In this document: positions 20,489 to 23,531 of the stretch, one piece after another
Layout: every line of letters starts with the position of its first letter
Numbering within the stretch: position 1 is the first letter of the stretch
Origin: Catajapyx aquilonaris
Lineage: Eukaryota
Direction of reading: 5' to 3'
Length of the DNA: 23,531 nucleotides
NCBI GenBank assembly: GCA_000934665.2
Contig: KZ538297.1
Location: 62,001-85,531, forward strand
The notes under the pieces: model-generated
The model's database searches: none
Told to the model about the DNA's origin: nothing
What the model saw: only the letters and a program-made list of their open reading frames with translations
Translations under genes and position numbers: made by a program

Positions 20489-22027
20489 ATGCCACGCCCA
20501 TTTGCAATTCCCAGTCTGAAACGACTCAGCCTCGTGTCCTTCGTGGATATGATGGTCCGATGCTGCCAGACACCAGCACAGTCCAGGCGACACAACGAGC
20601 AGATCGAAGCTCTGTCCAGATCCATCCCATGCACCCTGGCCGACGAGTACATGGAGAAGCTCATGTGGCTTAATTGGTCGGGAATGGTCCGTATAGTCAA
20701 CATTCGAGACGCCATGTGTCCCTGGTGCACCCACCTCCAGCTGGAGTCGTCCAAAATGGAACTGAAGGTGGCCAGGAACCTGGAAATACTGACGCACCTC
20801 ACCTCCCTGACGGTGAAGTGGCCGAACACCAAATGCATGATTAAGAAGGTGGTCAAGCGCCTGCCCCATCTCCAGAGGCTGAAGTGTCTCCTACTGGAAT
20901 GGAATAAGGTCACGGACGGCATGAAGCTCGTTGAGAAGGTGGTGGATCACTGCCCCCTTTTGGAAGAGCTGTCGTTCCAGTGGGGGATGTCCCCCATTCA
21001 GTCGATGACACTGGGGAGCTGCCAGAAACTGAGGAAAGTGTGTGTCCAGTACTTCGGTGATTCTGTGAGAGATGTTCTGGCCATCCTGCGGACCGTCCCT
21101 CAGCTGGACACATTGGCGTTCTTGGGGGGCAGCACGAAAATTAATTATATGACGGCGTCATTCCTCAAAGCTTGCCATGGGCCGCATCGCCTCCGGAGAC
21201 TGGAGGTCACTTGTGATGAAGGGGTTGGAATAAATGACCTGGAGTATCTGGCGCGTCACTTCCCGGAACTGCAGGGGTTGCATATGAACCTGGAAGAATG
21301 CGACCTGTCCCCAATCAACAGGATGGTCCACCTGAAGGAACTGGGCTTGTCAGAATGCATCACCTCGGAGCAGGTGTCGGTACTGGATGGCGCCGTGTTC
21401 GCTCGTCTTGAGAGCCTTCGCCTAGATTGGGTAGACGTGCAAAAGTTACTTGGATTAATCAACGGCCCACTACAAGGCATGCAGGAGTTGAGTGTGAGGG
21501 AGGGGTGCTCACAGGTCGACCTCGTTCAGATCAGCAACCTGTTCCCGAATTTGAGCAGAATTTACCTGCATGACTGCCAGTTGACCAGCCTCGTGCGAAA
21601 TGATGGCAAACCTTTCAGTCATCTAGAGAGGCTTGTGATCGAGGATAAATACGACCGTCTGGGTCTACACCATCTGGCTTACCTGCTCTCGCACTCCTGT
21701 GATCTGGAGTTTCTGTCCATAAGGGGCTCCCGCCTGGATGACCCCTGTGTCCACTCCCTGCTTCGGCGTAACCCCCTGATCAAGCTGAAAGAGTTACACT
21801 TGTCCTGCGACCGCCTGACCCCATCTGTCACATCAGTGGTCTTCACCTACTTCGGGGAAGACCTGGAGTCGGTGCGGTTTGAAGGTGAGCAGATGAATGA
21901 TCTACCGGTGGGTTTCCTCAATGCGATGCAGGAGAAGGTGAAGCCCTACCATTTCGACATGTGGATCGGGAACCAGGTGCACACCATTCTCATGCCAAAC
22001 GGACAGATGCGCCTTGATTATTATTAG
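20489..22027 (+). CDS. Leucine-rich-repeat (RNI/FBXL-like) protein, 512 aa, uninterrupted ORF, with N-terminal BC-box-like motif; probable E3 ligase substrate receptor
   Basis: 1539-bp GC-rich ORF in an AT-rich background. Recurrent LxxLxL repeats (HLTSLTV, HLQRLKC, PLLEELSF, QKLRKVCV, PQLDTLAF, RLRRLEV, PELQGLHM, HLKELGL, RLESLRL, PNLSRIYL, HLERLVI, DLEFLSI, KLKELHL). N-terminal PSLKRLSLVSF. AATAAA at 22103 and 22183. Confidence 0.85.
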   Translation: MPRPFAIPSLKRLSLVSFVDMMVRCCQTPAQSRRHNEQIEALSRSIPCTLADEYMEKLMWLNWSGMVRIVNIRDAMCPWCTHLQLESSKMELKVARNLEILTHLTSLTVKWPNTKCMIKKVVKRLPHLQRLKCLLLEWNKVTDGMKLVEKVVDHCPLLEELSFQWGMSPIQSMTLGSCQKLRKVCVQYFGDSVRDVLAILRTVPQLDTLAFLGGSTKINYMTASFLKACHGPHRLRRLEVTCDEGVGINDLEYLARHFPELQGLHMNLEECDLSPINRMVHLKELGLSECITSEQVSVLDGAVFARLESLRLDWVDVQKLLGLINGPLQGMQELSVREGCSQVDLVQISNLFPNLSRIYLHDCQLTSLVRNDGKPFSHLERLVIEDKYDRLGLHHLAYLLSHSCDLEFLSIRGSRLDDPCVHSLLRRNPLIKLKELHLSCDRLTPSVTSVVFTYFGEDLESVRFEGEQMNDLPVGFLNAMQEKVKPYHFDMWIGNQVHTILMPNGQMRLDYY

Positions 22028-22234
22028 CGAGAGTATTAAGCCAAGTGTGAAGATGCGGGAAGGTGCTATGGTGTCTCATAGACGACAAAATTAATTTACT
22101 GTAATAAATTTCAAAGAGAACTAAACCTGTGTCATGTAACTTATGTGGCATTTGAAGTGTATAACCAAAGAGGGAAGAAGTCAATAAAATTTATTATGAA
22201 TAATGCTGCTGTTATTGGTTTGTCGGGTGCGGCT

Positions 22235-22720
22235 TTCGTTTGACCAGTGTGAGTGTTTGACCTTTGTTGGACACTTCCTCCTCCTTCTGTCCATCTGGAT
22301 GGCTCTCCGCGGTTCCACAGTGTGTGTGTTTTTTTAACTGCTTCCCCCATGTTACTTGGTTGGTCTTTAACGTGATAAAGACCCCATGGCATCTGTATGC
22401 ATTGTGTGACATTCTTCAATCAGTTAATGTCTTTAGTCTCTCACTTCAAGATAAAGCAGTAAATGTTTTTGATGTCAGTGATTAAGGACAGGCATTTTAA
22501 AAAGACAATTGAAGTTTTGCCATCAGAATCAATGAAACGTCAAAATCCATAGGCAGCTCCCAAAAATGGCGAAAAAATGGCCGAGATATATCACGCGTTC
22601 ATCAGCTAAATTTACTTGATAATTTATTTCAGCTGTTATACTTTCTAATGGAAGAACTCCATAGAAATTACAGAAAACCCTTGGGGACATAACCCCATCC
22701 TTTTCTGTGGCAGGCATGCC
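22235..22720 (-). pseudogene. Possible heavily decayed PRMT-like (PRMT2-type) coding relic
   Basis: Colinear short peptides needing several frameshifts: EKDGVMSP, FWE-/AYGF/DVSLI, MPVLNH, ILK*ETKDIN*LK, and a HW-/QT stretch near 22245 at about the spacing expected for the THW loop. Many stops; this could be over-reading. Confidence 0.25.
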
Positions 22721-23230
22721 AGCCTGTCAGCATTTTGGTGTCAGTTCAAAGACGAATGTTTAAAGTTGTTTCAGATAAACGAAAACAATCATATTCTGCC
22801 CTTATTTGCAAACAACATATATGAGGGAGAATGAAAGGTATGTGGCACGAATCTTCACTACAGAAACTCAAACTGACATGCACATGTCAAAGGGTAAGTC
22901 TTTCTCTAATTTTAGGCACAGTCAGCATATACACTTTGGTGCACTTATCCCAATAATGGGACACTAATTATTTTTCCATGCCACTGCAGAAAAGAGAGGC
23001 TGAAAATTCAATGGCTGACTCCGGCTTCTTTCACTTCCTCGATGTTGCTCAAGAGTGTTGACAGGTGCTTCTTCATTGCAATTACGAAGGCTGTGCGGCG
23101 CAATCAATTTATTAATTTTTGAATTTTATATTCCTCACTCGACAATGACAACATAAAATTAGAATGGTGAGATAAAAACTGGTTCAATCACTTGAAATCA
23201 AAGGGCTATGAAAAATTGCATTGTTTCAAA

Positions 23231-23433
23231 GACAACGTCATGAATACTATTGCACGACGCACGGAAATAATTGTTACAAAGTGTTGCTAAGAGACTACCA
23301 AAGTCAACAACCTATTTGTTGCAAAAAAAAAAAAAAAAAATTATCAAGGGCAGGCTTCGGACTGATGGGCTTGTAGTAGGCTATTTCATCTTAATCAAAC
23401 GGTAAGTTTAGTTACATATATCCACTTTGAATT
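23231..23433 (+). repeat. Third copy of the LRR gene upstream segment (matches 19984-~20160), ending abruptly near 23433
   Basis: gacaacgtcatgaata...tgcacgacgcacggaaataattgtta...aaagtgttgctaagagactaccaaagtcaacaa...gggcaggcttcggactgatgggcttgtag is near-identical to 19984-20122. Confidence 0.92.
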
Positions 23434-23531
23434 GGTAATTATCTAGTTTAGGGGGCCGCGGCCTACAGCGTTCGCGATGGTACTTACAGCTCTACTGAGT
23501 GCATAGGGTCCTAGTGCTGACTTTCCCGAGT

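Noticed and set aside
20399..21480. Minus-strand ORFs overlapping the LRR gene
   Set aside because: Antisense shadows of the 512-aa ORF.

Overview
Eukaryotic, probably invertebrate (arthropod-like) genomic DNA with mostly 53-75 bp spliceosomal introns. There are no prokaryotic features. Three protein-coding genes can be reconstructed by hand. (1) A complete 14-exon YTHDC2 orthologue on the minus strand (13287-7698, ~1421 aa) with one GC-AG intron, a YTH domain that seems to lack the second cage Trp, and an extra Pro/RGG tail. (2) A 13-exon nardilysin-like M16A metallopeptidase on the minus strand (19616-16659, ~698 aa). It keeps HxxEH and the third Zn ligand but appears to have lost most of domain 2, and it carries a 54-bp templated in-frame insertion. 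(3) A 512-aa LRR gene with an intronless CDS on the plus strand (20489-22027) and an N-terminal BC-box/Cul2-box-like motif. The surrounding DNA shows local duplication: a frameshifted fragment of the LRR gene, three copies of its 5' non-coding segment, an orphan PRMT-like terminal exon and a possible decayed PRMT relic. Transposon traces include a hAT-type MITE with an 8-bp TSD, a 30-bp P/hAT-like excision footprint with an empty paralogous site in the window, a 1.2-kb CpG-rich foldback array of 81-bp units, and degenerate repeat arrays. All homology calls come from recalled motifs, not database searches.
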